Assembly: GCA_045578325.1 (NCBI GenBank)
Contig: JAZNJZ010000033.1
Span: 38,224-102,223 of the forward strand
Length of the DNA: 64,000 nucleotides
Direction of reading: 5' to 3'
From: Eubacterium sp.
GTDB taxonomy: Bacteria; Bacillota; Clostridia; Lachnospirales; Lachnospiraceae
Part shown: in pieces, positions 39,155 through 49,820 of the stretch
How the letters are laid out: every line of letters begins with the position of its first letter
Numbering within the stretch: the first letter of the stretch is position 1
Position numbers and translations under genes: made by a program
Notes under the pieces: model-generated
Databases searched by the model: none
The model's input: the letters and a program-made list of their open reading frames with translations, nothing else
Told to the model about the DNA's origin: nothing

Positions 39155-39463
39155 TTAATCAATCACTGCGCCAGTTGCTTTTGCGTAACGCACTTTCTCT
39201 TTTCCAGCCTCAGCTTTGAATCCGATTCTGGAAACTTTTCCGTCGATTACATACATAACGTTGGAAATGTCGAATGCAGCTTCCTCTTCAACGATTCCGC
39301 CTTTTGCATTTGCCTGGTTAGGTTTTACATGTTTCTTTACCATGTTTACGCCCTCAACCTTAACTTTTCCATTTTTTACTTCAAGGACTTTTCCTTCTTT
39401 ACCTTTATCTACACCGGCAATAACGCGAACGGTATCACCTTTTTTGATCTTTGATGTTGCCAC
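39155..39463 (-). CDS. rplX: 50S ribosomal protein L24
   Basis: [30 protein letters not shown]. Confidence 0.97.
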   Translation of the reverse strand: MATSKIKKGDTVRVIAGVDKGKEGKVLEVKNGKVKVEGVNMVKKHVKPNQANAKGGIVEEEAAFDISNVMYVIDGKVSRIGFKAEAGKEKVRYAKATGAVID

Positions 39464-39478
39464 TTCAGGGACACCTCC

Positions 39479-39847
39479 TTATAATACTTCCGGAGCCAAA
39501 GAAACAATCTTCATGAACTGTTTGTCTCTCAACTCTCTAGCTACAGGTCCAAAAATACGGGTTCCTCTTGGGGTTTTGTCATCTTTGATAACAACTGCCG
39601 CATTTTCATCAAAACGAATATATGAACCGTCTGGACGACGAATTTCTTTTTTTGTACGAACAACAACAGCTTTTACTACGTCTCCTTTTTTAACAACTCC
39701 ACCTGGTGTTGCATCTTTAACCGTAGCAACGATAATATCGCCTACTGCTGCATATCTTCTAACGGAACCACCGAGAACACGGATACAAAGCAATTCTTTG
39801 GCACCTGTGTTATCAGCAACTCTAAGTCTCGTTTCCTGCTGTACCAT
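39479..39847 (-). CDS. rplN: 50S ribosomal protein L14
   Basis: [39 protein letters not shown]. Confidence 0.98.
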   Translation of the reverse strand: MVQQETRLRVADNTGAKELLCIRVLGGSVRRYAAVGDIIVATVKDATPGGVVKKGDVVKAVVVRTKKEIRRPDGSYIRFDENAAVVIKDDKTPRGTRIFGPVARELRDKQFMKIVSLAPEVL

Positions 39848-39865
39848 AACAATACTCCTTTCCGA

Positions 39866-40120
39866 TTACTGAGCTTTTTCGATAATCTCAACAAGTCTCC
39901 ATCTCTTGTCCTTGGACAATGGTCTTGTCTCCATTACCTTTACTCTGTCACCGATGTTACATTCATTCTGCTCATCATGAGCTTTCAATTTATAAGTTCT
40001 TTTCACGATTTTACCGTAAAGCGGATGTTTTACGTTGTCTACTACAGCAACAACGATTGTCTTATCCATCTTATTACTTACAACTTTTCCTGTACGAGTT
40101 TTTCTAAGATTTCTATCCAC
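39866..40120 (-). CDS. rpsQ: 30S ribosomal protein S17
   Basis: [32 protein letters not shown]; GTG start. Confidence 0.97.
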   Translation of the reverse strand: MDRNLRKTRTGKVVSNKMDKTIVVAVVDNVKHPLYGKIVKRTYKLKAHDEQNECNIGDRVKVMETRPLSKDKRWRLVEIIEKAQ

Positions 40121-40146
40121 AACAAAATCCTCCTTTCTCAAACTTC

Positions 40147-40356
40147 TTAGTTAGCAGCTTTCTGCTCAACAGACATTGCTGTCTGAATACGAGCAATATT
40201 ACGTCTAACTTCTTTGATTCTGCTTGTATTGTCAAGTTGGTTTGTTGCGTTCTGGAATCTCAAGTTGAAAAGTTCCTTCTTAGCAGCTACTAACTCGTCA
40301 TTTAATTCAGCAAGTGATTTACCATTCAAACTATTCATGAATTCTCTACTCTTCAC
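40147..40356 (-). CDS. rpmC: 50S ribosomal protein L29
   Basis: [15 protein letters not shown]...[10 protein letters not shown]; GTG start after AGGAGGT. Confidence 0.96.
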   Translation of the reverse strand: MKSREFMNSLNGKSLAELNDELVAAKKELFNLRFQNATNQLDNTSRIKEVRRNIARIQTAMSVEQKAAN

Positions 40357-40783
40357 TGCCCGCACCTCCTTCTAAGTCTGCGCGTGAAACGATCTTACAT
40401 TTTACTGGCAATTTGTGTGTTGCAAGACGAAGCGCCTCTCTAGCTACATCTTCTGGCACGCCAGCAAGCTCGAACATTACACGTCCTGGCTTAACTACAG
40501 CTACCCAGTATTCCAAAGAACCTTTACCTTTACCCATTCGAGTCTCGGCTGGTGTCTTAGTAACTGGTTTGTCTGGGAAAATCTTAATCCAAACTTTACC
40601 ACCACGTTTGATGTGACGAGTCATAGCAACACGGGCTGCCTCTATCTGATTGGATCTAATCCAAGCTGGCTCTGTAGCCACGATACCGTATTCACCGTAA
40701 GTGATTTTGTTACCGCGAGTAGCCTTACCTCTCATAGAACCACGAAACTGTTTACGACGTTTTACTCTTTTAGGCATTAACAT
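40346..40783 (-). CDS. rplP: 50S ribosomal protein L16
   Basis: [37 protein letters not shown]. Confidence 0.98.
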   Translation of the reverse strand: MLMPKRVKRRKQFRGSMRGKATRGNKITYGEYGIVATEPAWIRSNQIEAARVAMTRHIKRGGKVWIKIFPDKPVTKTPAETRMGKGKGSLEYWVAVVKPGRVMFELAGVPEDVAREALRLATHKLPVKCKIVSRADLEGGAGSEE

Positions 40784-41463
40784 TATTTATCGCTCCCTTC
40801 CTTTGAACTAGCCTTAGCTGGTTTTCCACCTTTGGTTGGAAGTACTTCACCATGATAAATCCATGTCTTAACACCGATTTTACCATAAGTTGTGTTAGCT
40901 TCAGCAAATCCGTAGTCGATGTCTGCACGAAGTGTCTGAAGAGGAATATTTCCCTCGCTGTAGAACTCTGTACGAGCCATATCAGCACCACCAAGACGAC
41001 CGGAACATGCAGTTTTGATACCCTGAGCTCCTGCTTTCATTGCTCTTCCCATGCAAGATTTCATTGCACGACGGAAAGATACACGGTTCTCAAGCTGCTG
41101 TGCGATATTCTCAGCTACAAGCTGTGCATCGCTATCTGGTCTCTTCACTTCTTTGATATCTACGAGAATCTTGCTTGTGGAGAACTTAGCAAGTTCGCCT
41201 TTAAGCTTCTCGATCTCTGCTCCACCTTTTCCGATTACTACACCAGGTTTTGCTGTATATACGATAACTTTTACACGATCGTTTGTTCTCTCGATTTCGA
41301 TTTTGGAAATACCTGCGTGATACAGTTTTTTCTTCAAGAACTCACGAATCTTATGATCTTCTACAAGACGATCAGCGAAATCTTCTGGTTCTGCAAACCA
41401 TCTGGACTCCCAGTCTTTGATAACGCCGACTCTTAAACCATGAGGATTAACCTTCTGTCCCAT
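40783..41463 (-). CDS. rpsC: 30S ribosomal protein S3
   Basis: [34 protein letters not shown]. Confidence 0.98.
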   Translation of the reverse strand: MGQKVNPHGLRVGVIKDWESRWFAEPEDFADRLVEDHKIREFLKKKLYHAGISKIEIERTNDRVKVIVYTAKPGVVIGKGGAEIEKLKGELAKFSTSKILVDIKEVKRPDSDAQLVAENIAQQLENRVSFRRAMKSCMGRAMKAGAQGIKTACSGRLGGADMARTEFYSEGNIPLQTLRADIDYGFAEANTTYGKIGVKTWIYHGEVLPTKGGKPAKASSKEGSDK

Positions 41464-41479
41464 TGTTTATCTCCTTTCA

Positions 41480-41866
41480 CTATCTCTCATTCAAGATTAC
41501 TGTAATATGACACATTCTTTTCTCAATTCTGTAAGCCATACCACGAGCTCTTGGGCGAATTCTCTTCATTGTAGTTGCTTTGTTTGCAAAACACTCATCA
41601 ATATAGAGATTTTCTGGATTCATTCCATTGTTATTCTCAGCATTTGCAATTGCAGACTTCAAAAGTTTTTCAATTACAGCTGATGCATATCTAGGGTTAT
41701 ATGCTAAAATACCAAGTGCTGTCTGCACGTCTTTTCCGCGAATCGCATCCAATACGAATCCAGCTTTCTGAGCGGAAATACGAGCGTATGACAATTTTGC
41801 AGATGGTCTAGTATCTTTAATCTGGTTTCTTTCTTTCTTGATCTGTGATCTATGTCCTTTAGCCAC
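41480..41866 (-). CDS. rplV: 50S ribosomal protein L22
   Basis: ARISAQKA..V.D.IRGK, KLLKSAIANAENN, RPRARG.A. Confidence 0.97.
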   Translation of the reverse strand: MAKGHRSQIKKERNQIKDTRPSAKLSYARISAQKAGFVLDAIRGKDVQTALGILAYNPRYASAVIEKLLKSAIANAENNNGMNPENLYIDECFANKATTMKRIRPRARGMAYRIEKRMCHITVILNER

Positions 41867-41886
41867 GGATGAAACCTCCTTTCAAA

Positions 41887-42162
41887 TTATCTGCCTTTTT
41901 TCTCGTCTTTACCGTGTCCACGGTATGTTCTTGTTGCAACAAACTCTCCGAGCTTGTGTCCTACCATATCTTCTGTAACATATACAGGCACATGTTTTCT
42001 ACCGTCATGAACAGCGATTGTGTGGCCTACCATGCTAGGGAAGATTGTTGAACGACGTGACCAGGTTTTGATTACTTGTTTATCTCCAGATTCGTTCATG
42101 GCATCAATTTTCTTCAAAAGATGCGCATCAGCGAATGGTCCTTTTTTTAATGAACGAGCCAA
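41887..42162 (-). CDS. rpsS: 30S ribosomal protein S19
   Basis: [28 protein letters not shown]. Confidence 0.98.
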   Translation of the reverse strand: MARSLKKGPFADAHLLKKIDAMNESGDKQVIKTWSRRSTIFPSMVGHTIAVHDGRKHVPVYVTEDMVGHKLGEFVATRTYRGHGKDEKKGR

Positions 42163-42239
42163 TTCATTTACCTCCTTTTACTAGGAAAAGCGGTAGGGAA
42201 AACGCCAAAGCGCTTGCCCCGTCAACCAGCAAAGTCAAA

Positions 42240-43085
42240 TTACTTTGCAAGGGCTTTTCCGTCTCTTCTACGAATAATCATCTTATTAGACTGCTTGTTT
42301 TTCTTTCTTGTCTTAAGACCAAGTGCAGGTTTGCCCCAAGGTGTACATGGGCCTGGACGACCGATACCAGTCTTACCTTCACCACCACCGTGTGGATGGT
42401 CATTAGGGTTCATAACAGAACCACGTACTGTTGGGCGGATACCCATGTGACGTTTACGTCCTGCTTTACCGATATTGATCAAGTTGTGCTCTGCATTTCC
42501 TACCTGTCCGATTGTTGCACGGCATACGATAGGAACCATTCTCATTTCTCCAGAAGGCATACGAAGTGTCGCATATTTTCCTTCTTTCGCCATAAGCTGT
42601 GCACTGTTTCCTGCGGAACGAACGAACTGTCCGCCGTGACCAGGATAAAGCTCGATGTTGTGTACCAATGTACCAACTGGAATGTCCTTAAGCTCCATAC
42701 AGTTACCAACTCTAGCCTCAGCTGTGGAACCATTCATTACTTCCTGACCAACTTTCAAACCTGCTGGTGCAAGGATGTAAGCTTTCTCACCGTCTGCGTA
42801 GCAGATCAATGCGATGTTTGCTGTTCTGTTTGGATCATACTCGATGCTCTTAACAACAGCTGGAATTCCATCTTTATTTCTTTTAAAATCGATAATTCTA
42901 TATTTTCTTCTAGAACCGCCTCCACGATGTCTAACCGTGATTTTACCCTGTGCGTTACGTCCTGCATTCTTATTCAAAGATACAGTAAGGGATTTCTCAG
43001 GAGTTGACTTTGTGATTTCAGCAAAGTCAGAACCTGTCATCTGTCTTCTAGAAGGTGTATATGGGTTAAATGTCTTAATTCCCAT
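42240..43085 (-). CDS. rplB: 50S ribosomal protein L2
   Basis: [50 protein letters not shown]. Confidence 0.98.
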   Translation of the reverse strand: MGIKTFNPYTPSRRQMTGSDFAEITKSTPEKSLTVSLNKNAGRNAQGKITVRHRGGGSRRKYRIIDFKRNKDGIPAVVKSIEYDPNRTANIALICYADGEKAYILAPAGLKVGQEVMNGSTAEARVGNCMELKDIPVGTLVHNIELYPGHGGQFVRSAGNSAQLMAKEGKYATLRMPSGEMRMVPIVCRATIGQVGNAEHNLINIGKAGRKRHMGIRPTVRGSVMNPNDHPHGGGEGKTGIGRPGPCTPWGKPALGLKTRKKNKQSNKMIIRRRDGKALAK

Positions 43086-43105
43086 GAGTTACACTCCTTT
43101 CAATC

Positions 43106-43405
43106 TTATAATCCTTCGAAAATTTCGATATCTGCACTATCTTCTGTCAACTGAACGATTGCTTTCTTTCTCTTAGCAGTCTTTCCTGTTGTCATTCCAC
43201 GTCTACGATTTTTACCTTCGCAGTTCATGGTGTTTACTTTTGCAACTTTTGTTCCAGCGAACATTTTCTCAACTGCATCTTTGATCTGAGATTTTGTTGC
43301 ATCTGTGTGTACATAGAATGTATATTTTTTGTATTCCATTCCTGCCATAGATTTCTCTGTGATTACTGGTTTGGAAATAATGTCGTAATATTTCAAATCT
43401 GCCAT
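43106..43405 (-). CDS. rplW: 50S ribosomal protein L23
   Basis: [28 protein letters not shown]. Confidence 0.97.
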   Translation of the reverse strand: MADLKYYDIISKPVITEKSMAGMEYKKYTFYVHTDATKSQIKDAVEKMFAGTKVAKVNTMNCEGKNRRRGMTTGKTAKRKKAIVQLTEDSADIEIFEGL

Positions 43406-44025
43406 TATGCGTATACCTCCTCGATAGCTGCAACGGCATTCTTTGTAAGGATTACGTTATCATACTTAAGAATGTCGTATACGTTGATAGAGTTAGCATA
43501 TACTCCTCTTGCTGTTGGGATGTTACGAACAGAAAGTGTTACGTTAGCACCCTCTGCATCAACAACAACCAATGCCTTTTTCATGTCAAGGCTGTTAAGC
43601 AATGCCTGCATTGTCTTTGTCTTTGGAGCGTCCATTTCCATTCCCTCAACAACGATAAGCTTGTTCTCGCTTACTTTTGAAGATAAAACGGATTTAAGAG
43701 CTGCTACTTTCTCTTTCTTGTTCATTTTGAAAGAGTAATCTCTTGGTGTTGGAGCAAATACAACTCCGCCGCCTTTCCACTGTGGAGCACGGATGGAACC
43801 CTGTCTTGCATGACCTGTTCCTTTCTGTCTCCAAGGTTTTCTTCCTCCGCCGCGAACTTCAGAACGAGTTTTAGCTTTCTGTGTTCCCTGGCGTTTGTTA
43901 GCAAGTTGCAATACAACTGCCATGTGAACCAAATGTTCATTTACTGGTGCAGCAAAGATAGAATCGTTCAATTCCATTTTACCTGTTTCTTTGCCTTCCA
44001 TATTGTAAACAGATACGCTTGCCAT
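43405..44025 (-). CDS. rplD: 50S ribosomal protein L4
   Basis: [41 protein letters not shown]. Confidence 0.98.
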   Translation of the reverse strand: MASVSVYNMEGKETGKMELNDSIFAAPVNEHLVHMAVVLQLANKRQGTQKAKTRSEVRGGGRKPWRQKGTGHARQGSIRAPQWKGGGVVFAPTPRDYSFKMNKKEKVAALKSVLSSKVSENKLIVVEGMEMDAPKTKTMQALLNSLDMKKALVVVDAEGANVTLSVRNIPTARGVYANSINVYDILKYDNVILTKNAVAAIEEVYA

Positions 44026-44049
44026 CTGTATAGTCCTCCTTTCCGAAAG

Positions 44050-44679
44050 TTATGCCTTTACGGATTCTTTAATAATAACGGTTGATTTCTTAGGTCCTGG
44101 TACCGCACCTTTTACTAAGAGAAGGTTGTTCTCAACATCAACTCTTACGATCTCAAGGTTCTGGATTGTAACCTTTACAGCACCCATCTGACCAGGCATT
44201 TTCTTGCCTTTGAATACTTTGCTAGGATCCGATGCAGAACCATTGGAACCTGCATGTCTATGGAATTTTGAGCCGTGACCCATAGGTCCGCGGGACTGTC
44301 CGTGACGCTTAATAGCACCCTGGAATCCTTTACCTTTGCTTGTTGCTGTTACATCAATTTTGTCACCGGCTTCAAAGATATCTGCTTTGATTTCCTGTCC
44401 TAATGTGTACTCCTCTGCATTCTCAAACTTGAACTCTGTAACAAATCTCTTGTTGTCCACGCCTGCTTTTGCAAAGTGTCCCTGATTTGGTTTGTTGACC
44501 AACTTCTCACGAATGTCGCCATAACCAACCTGTACTGCACTGTATCCATCTGTCTCTTCGTTTTTAACCTGAGTTACATAAACTGGACCAGCTTCAAGCA
44601 CAGTAACTGGTGTCAAAACACCGTCTTCGTTGAAAATCTGTGTCATTCCAACTTTTGTAGCTACGATAGCTTTCTTCAT
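44050..44679 (-). CDS. rplC: 50S ribosomal protein L3
   Basis: [36 protein letters not shown]. Confidence 0.98.
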   Translation of the reverse strand: MKKAIVATKVGMTQIFNEDGVLTPVTVLEAGPVYVTQVKNEETDGYSAVQVGYGDIREKLVNKPNQGHFAKAGVDNKRFVTEFKFENAEEYTLGQEIKADIFEAGDKIDVTATSKGKGFQGAIKRHGQSRGPMGHGSKFHRHAGSNGSASDPSKVFKGKKMPGQMGAVKVTIQNLEIVRVDVENNLLLVKGAVPGPKKSTVIIKESVKA

Positions 44680-44895
44680 TTTCTTTACCTCCTAAATTTC
44701 TACAGCGGATTGTTTTCATAATTGATCGTCCCTTCTTATAGGAAAGAACCTGATTCAAAAAGCGGAAAGCAATCATCCTAGATGGTTACGTTTGCCCTGA
44801 ACCGGAGAACCTCGTAAACTTTTAGGACCAAGGGACTGTGTTCTTGTTTTCTCCCTTGTGATTTCTTTTTATTAAATAATGAGCATATCACTCAA

Positions 44896-45210
44896 TTATT
44901 TCATTTTAATATCAATTGCAACTCCAGCAGGCATTTCCAAACGGGATAATGCATCTACTGTTTTCTGTGATGGCTTAAGCACATCGATCAATCTCTTGTG
45001 AGTTCTCTGCTCGAACTGCTCACGGGAGTCTTTGTACTTGTGTACCGCTCTAAGAATAGTAACAACTTCTTTCTTAGTTGGAAGAGGTACTGGACCGCTT
45101 ACCTTTGCTCCTGTTTTTTTAACAGTCTCGATCAGCTTAGCTGCTGCAAAATCGATTAACTGATGATCGTATGCTTTTAAAATGATTCTCATTGTCTGTT
45201 GACTTGCCAT
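44896..45210 (-). CDS. rpsJ: 30S ribosomal protein S10
   Basis: [32 protein letters not shown]. Confidence 0.98.
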   Translation of the reverse strand: MASQQTMRIILKAYDHQLIDFAAAKLIETVKKTGAKVSGPVPLPTKKEVVTILRAVHKYKDSREQFEQRTHKRLIDVLKPSQKTVDALSRLEMPAGVAIDIKMK

Positions 45211-45548
45211 AAAAAAAGCCGCCTCCTTTTCGTACTGATTAAATAATAATTTTAGTACGACAAGTGGTGACTGTACACTCATCCGTGTGTGTCATGCCGG
45301 TTCACACAAAATTCCGCCTTGTGGCGGAAATCCCTTGCGGGTTGTTGATACACACGTTTATCTGCTCCTTGGCAGAATATATGGTTCGTACAGTGACTTG
45401 CCGTCAGGTTTAACGACCCCAAATATACTTGGTGGTCTCTTGACATTCGCTCCACGGAAAACCCATTCTTACTGAATGGCAACCTCACGCTTCACAGCTA
45501 TCATGTCACAGCAACACCCATTGTACACCATAATTCCACCAATTGCAA
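45211..45548 (-). promoter_or_regulatory. S10 operon promoter and ~300-nt structured leader (putative r-protein leader)
   Basis: TTGCAA (45548-45543), 17 nt, TACAAT (45525-45520); leader contains hairpins such as TTCCGCC...GGCGGAA. Resemblance to the clostridial S10 leader is from recollection. Confidence 0.6.
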
Positions 45549-45569
45549 GCATTTTTTTATTTTTATTTA

Positions 45570-45739
45570 TAACTATTCAGGATCAATGTGAAATCAATGA
45601 ATCGTTGTGCTTGCACGTAAGAGACATTGATTTACACACATTAGGTCCTAATAGGGCTCCCCCCACCCCATATGAGCATTCTTAGCCTTGCTAAATGGTA
45701 AGAATGCGAATGTGGGGCGGGGGAAGTCCTGAATAGTTA
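45570..45739. mobile_element. MITE-like element (170 bp) with terminal inverted repeats and TA at both ends
   Basis: TAACTATTCAGGA (45570-45582) and TCCTGAATAGTTA (45727-45739) are exact reverse complements; two internal hairpins; no coding capacity evident. Confidence 0.55.
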
Positions 45740-45743
45740 AATT

Positions 45744-47081
45744 TTATTTGAAACGAATTTCATTGTCCGTATCGTCATTGCGCAGATACTCTTCTATACT
45801 TGGCCGAATCTTAATAAATATATCCGCGATAACCGGATCAAAATGACTACCTCGCGATTCCTTTATAATCCCATAGGCAGCATCCACGGTCATTGCTTCC
45901 TTATAACAACGTTTGGAAACAAGGGCATCGAACACATCTGCCACCGCCATAATACGTGCACATAGAGGAATCTCTTCTCCCTTGAGCCCCTCGGGATACC
46001 CACTTCCATCCCATTTCTCATGGTGGTAATGCGCCACTTTATGCGCCATGTCCAAATACGCTTCATCTTCAATCGCTTCCAGTGTTCCATCAATGATATT
46101 ACCACCTTCTGTGGCATGCAACTTCATTTTATCAAATTCTTCAGCTGTAAGCTTTCCTGGTTTTTGCAAAATGGAATCGGATACCATAATCTTCCCGATA
46201 TCATGGAGTGGAGCTGCTTTCCAGAGATTATCCATATATTCTTTCGTAATCTCATCTGTATAAATATTTTCTTCATACAATGCCTTTGCAATCATAATCG
46301 CATAGGTACTTGTTCGTTTCACATGTTCCCCAGTCTCCCCATCACGACTCTCAATCAGATTCGCCATACCAACAATCGTTTTGTACTGCATATCCATAAC
46401 ATGGGCATTGTGTTCATCCGTTTCTCTTTTTTGGTCATCCACAATCTGCCGTCCACTACGATACACAATAAGCAAACAAGCAACCACAACAAACCACACA
46501 AATAGGAATGCCATCGCACGCCAAAGTTGTATTTGTTGCATTCTTTCATCCAAACGAGTTTCTTCCTTTGTTACATTGACACTAACCTTTGCATAATAAT
46601 CGTCCAATAGCCCACTCAAATCCCGAACGCATTCTTTCAGAATTTCATCCACATAATACTCTGCGGATTCCTGCGCTCCCTGACGACTAAACTTCAACGC
46701 AATCTGCGCCTGCGTTTCAAATATATTGTACTTCTTGATTACCGAACGAAAAATCTCTTTTTCCTCCGGATCATTCATTCGCTGTTCAAATTCTCGAAGC
46801 GATTCCTTAATACTCGCATCCAATTCCTGAAATTCTTCTTCGTATTGCGCCATGCCCTCTTCATCGTCGCACACCACATGGCTAATTACCCTGGCCTGCG
46901 CAGCATACATACGCCTGCTGATTTCAGAAGTAAGTTTCCGATTCTCTATCTGTCCATTTACAAATGTATTGTACTCTGATGTCACTCGGCTTTGCTGGAT
47001 CAATATAAACCAAAGACACCCAAGACTGATGATAGCAGCCAAAAACACTACTACAAATACTCGTTTTGTAATATTTTTCAT
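45744..47081 (-). CDS. Membrane HD-GYP cyclic-dinucleotide phosphodiesterase with four-helix-bundle sensor
   Basis: Two TMs flanking a helical extracellular domain; RD.ETGEH..R, HDIGK, HHEKWDGSGYP.GL.GEEIPL.ARI.AVADVFDAL. Confidence 0.92.
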   Translation of the reverse strand: MKNITKRVFVVVFLAAIISLGCLWFILIQQSRVTSEYNTFVNGQIENRKLTSEISRRMYAAQARVISHVVCDDEEGMAQYEEEFQELDASIKESLREFEQRMNDPEEKEIFRSVIKKYNIFETQAQIALKFSRQGAQESAEYYVDEILKECVRDLSGLLDDYYAKVSVNVTKEETRLDERMQQIQLWRAMAFLFVWFVVVACLLIVYRSGRQIVDDQKRETDEHNAHVMDMQYKTIVGMANLIESRDGETGEHVKRTSTYAIMIAKALYEENIYTDEITKEYMDNLWKAAPLHDIGKIMVSDSILQKPGKLTAEEFDKMKLHATEGGNIIDGTLEAIEDEAYLDMAHKVAHYHHEKWDGSGYPEGLKGEEIPLCARIMAVADVFDALVSKRCYKEAMTVDAAYGIIKESRGSHFDPVIADIFIKIRPSIEEYLRNDDTDNEIRFK

Positions 47082-47109
47082 GCTATCACCTCCTCACTTA
47101 AATGTATGT

Positions 47110-48342
47110 TTACTTTTCGATCGGCTTCTCTGTTTCCTCCACAAGGTCGTTTAATAAACTTTGCAAATCCAACTTGTCTTTATTACCCGATGCCATCACC
47201 ATTCCAAAGGACGTCGCTGCCCCCCAGAAATTCTCTCCTACATTTTGGATTACACTAAACTCTCGTTGTTGTTGTAACGCGGCAATCGCCGGCGCACTCT
47301 GCACACTCTCTGAATTCCCAACTTTCACATTGGAAGGGCCTTCCCCCCTTGCCTCAAACAAAATCTTCTGGCTCTCCTCATTGGTAATCCAGCGCGCCAA
47401 TTTCTGCGCCCACTCCGGCTCCTTTGTGGTCGCATTGACTCCAACCAGTTTATACCCCGAAAAGCTGCTCATTTGAAGCTGCTTTCCTTTGATCGTGCAC
47501 GTCGGCATTTTTACTGCATCATAATTCTCACCATACGCCTTACGAATCACTTCTACATTCCACGTACCACTAACCCCCGCAATAATCTTTCCCTTTTCTA
47601 CGCCTTCACAATACTCGTCATTATTCCCAGAAACAAATGCCTTGCTAGAAGAAATGTCCAACATCGCCTGAGCCACATCGGTTCCTTTTATATCTCCCAC
47701 TTTTTCATTCCAGTTACAAATATTGGTCAATCGATTGTCCGAAAGTCTTAGCTCAAATCCAGCCGCACCAAAAAACGAATAGATATACCAGCCACTAGAC
47801 CAATCCATATAGACCTTTTTACCATTTTCCTCTGCCACTTCAAGAATGCGTTCAAAACTTTGAACATCTTCTTCGTTAAAATACTTCTTATTATAGAACA
47901 TAAAATATCCATTGGAAGCCGTCAACGGATAAGCATACAACGTGCCATCACTTGTAGCACTCTGAATCGCCGTTTCATCTGCACCACCGTTTTCCGCCAT
48001 TGCATTTTCCGTGTCCCAGGTAATCGGCAGCAACGAATTCGCTGCCACTAGATCATACAACTGATCATTTGGAAATTCAAATACATCCGCGCTGTTTTCC
48101 ACATCGCCCAGATAATTATTTTTGAATTCAGCAGCATCTTGAACACCCACGTGTATGTCAAACTCTGCTTCTTCCTTATAATGTTCCTTAAAATTCTCCA
48201 CCATCTGGGTCAGACATTCTTGTTCTCCCTCCGACCCCCACAAGCGAAGTGACACTTGCTCCTTCTCAACACTTTTTCCGCAAGAACCCAAAAGCAAACT
48301 CACTCCTAATACGCATACGATAAATCCAATCCTTTTTCTCAT
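47110..48342 (-). CDS. Extracellular solute-binding lipoprotein (sugar SBP family 1)
   Basis: Lipobox LLGSC; ADVF.FPNDQ, LYAYP.T.SNGYFMFYNK, SFSGYKLVGVN; GGAGG RBS. Confidence 0.88.
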   Translation of the reverse strand: MRKRIGFIVCVLGVSLLLGSCGKSVEKEQVSLRLWGSEGEQECLTQMVENFKEHYKEEAEFDIHVGVQDAAEFKNNYLGDVENSADVFEFPNDQLYDLVAANSLLPITWDTENAMAENGGADETAIQSATSDGTLYAYPLTASNGYFMFYNKKYFNEEDVQSFERILEVAEENGKKVYMDWSSGWYIYSFFGAAGFELRLSDNRLTNICNWNEKVGDIKGTDVAQAMLDISSSKAFVSGNNDEYCEGVEKGKIIAGVSGTWNVEVIRKAYGENYDAVKMPTCTIKGKQLQMSSFSGYKLVGVNATTKEPEWAQKLARWITNEESQKILFEARGEGPSNVKVGNSESVQSAPAIAALQQQREFSVIQNVGENFWGAATSFGMVMASGNKDKLDLQSLLNDLVEETEKPIEK

Positions 48343-48563
48343 ATGTGCCTCCATTCTGCGCATGTAGCGCACAACAAAAACAACGCTATCCTAACGTATA
48401 TTGTACAACTTATTTAAGGATTCGGCAAGTATCTTCACGCAAAAGACAATACATTATTCCTCCTGATAAGCTCACTTTACAATTCCTCAATCTTACTTCT
48501 CACATCATAATCCGAAGAAGGTCACCAGAAACAATTGCTGTATTTATCGTTTCATTGGTTTTG

Positions 48564-49808
48564 CTATTTCACCACGACACTCTGCTTGAACTTCCAGTCA
48601 GCATAGTCGTACAAATAGTGTTCTGGATAATACACTCCTGCAAGTTGAAAATAGTATCGTTTGCCTTTTTCGAGTCCTTTCACTATCAATTCTTTCTTTT
48701 TTGAAGAAAAATTAAATCTTTTAGGGTTCGACATATCTTTTTTCAGCGAACACTGAACTACTACATGATATACTGCTTTCTTAGGAGCATATTCAGCACA
48801 TATCTTCACCTTACCACCGCCCAGCGGCTTCACCTGATATTTTACCCAGATTGCTCGGAACGTTTTTTCTCCAAAATCCAAAACACCCACACAATCTCTC
48901 GTTGAATTTGAAGTATTCAACCACTCCACAAAACGATATCCCTTCCGTACTGGTTTTGGCATCTGATTCGCTTTTATTCCTACCCCATAACGATATGACG
49001 TTTTCGCCTTTCCCTTCATCTTTCCACCATTTAATTGGTATTTAACCTTGTATTTCTTTGCAACCGCTTTTACTGTTTTACCAGAAGCAACCTTTGTCAC
49101 CTTCTTCTTTCCACAGTACCATGTGCGAGCTCCATTCACAATTTTCAAATCCCAACTCTTTGCCGAACGATTTGTTATAGATTTCAGCCCAGGGCAATTA
49201 TACAAAGCTTTTTTATCTATCTTAACTAATTCCTTCGGAAAAGTAAATTTCGTCAGCGAAAAGCAAGCCCAAAAGGCTCTTTCTCCTATGGTAGTCACCT
49301 TATCCGGTAATGTAAAATCGCGTAAGTTTACACAACCAGAAAAAGCATATCTCCCAATCTTACTGCAATTAATTCCTGTTAGCGTTTTTAATGAAGTACA
49401 TTCATAAAATGCAAATGCTGATATTTCATCAATATTGGGAGATAATTCAACCTTCTTCAATTTACTGTTTTTTTCAAATGCACTCTCCCCAATTGTCCTG
49501 ACACTATCCGCCATCTTCACTTCTAAAACATTTGGATAATCACTACAAGCGTATTCACCAATCGAAGTAATTCCGTTAGAAATTACAATCTTCTTAACCT
49601 CACTTGTATCAATTCCATGTTTTTGTTCCATCTGTTCCTCCTTAAGGGATGTAATTTCTCCCGTTCCACTTATGGTAAGAACACCGTCGGCGGTTAGCAT
49701 GTAGTTAATGTCATTACCATCTACTTGCTGAGCCATAATCGTTTCTATATTTGCCCCAAACAGTAGTATACAGAAAAACATTGCACACAATATAATTTTC
49801 TTTCTCAT
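48564..49808 (-). CDS. Secreted BspA-type leucine-rich repeat protein with InlB-B-repeat-like and FN3-like domains
   Basis: Signal peptide; repeats of V.I...V..IG..AF..C..L; Y.V.Y.LNGG...P.R.GY.F..W; KGLEKGKRYYF. Confidence 0.82.
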   Translation of the reverse strand: MRKKIILCAMFFCILLFGANIETIMAQQVDGNDINYMLTADGVLTISGTGEITSLKEEQMEQKHGIDTSEVKKIVISNGITSIGEYACSDYPNVLEVKMADSVRTIGESAFEKNSKLKKVELSPNIDEISAFAFYECTSLKTLTGINCSKIGRYAFSGCVNLRDFTLPDKVTTIGERAFWACFSLTKFTFPKELVKIDKKALYNCPGLKSITNRSAKSWDLKIVNGARTWYCGKKKVTKVASGKTVKAVAKKYKVKYQLNGGKMKGKAKTSYRYGVGIKANQMPKPVRKGYRFVEWLNTSNSTRDCVGVLDFGEKTFRAIWVKYQVKPLGGGKVKICAEYAPKKAVYHVVVQCSLKKDMSNPKRFNFSSKKKELIVKGLEKGKRYYFQLAGVYYPEHYLYDYADWKFKQSVVVK

Positions 49809-49820
49809 TCTATTTTCCTC

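Noticed and set aside
45570-45739. 6S RNA
   Set aside because: The length is similar, but it folds as two internal hairpins in a closing stem rather than one long stem with a central bubble.
48380-48570. Possible c-di-GMP riboswitch upstream of the SBP/HD-GYP pair
   Set aside because: GCAAAACC...GAAA is present, but the GACGCAAA half of the class I consensus was not found.
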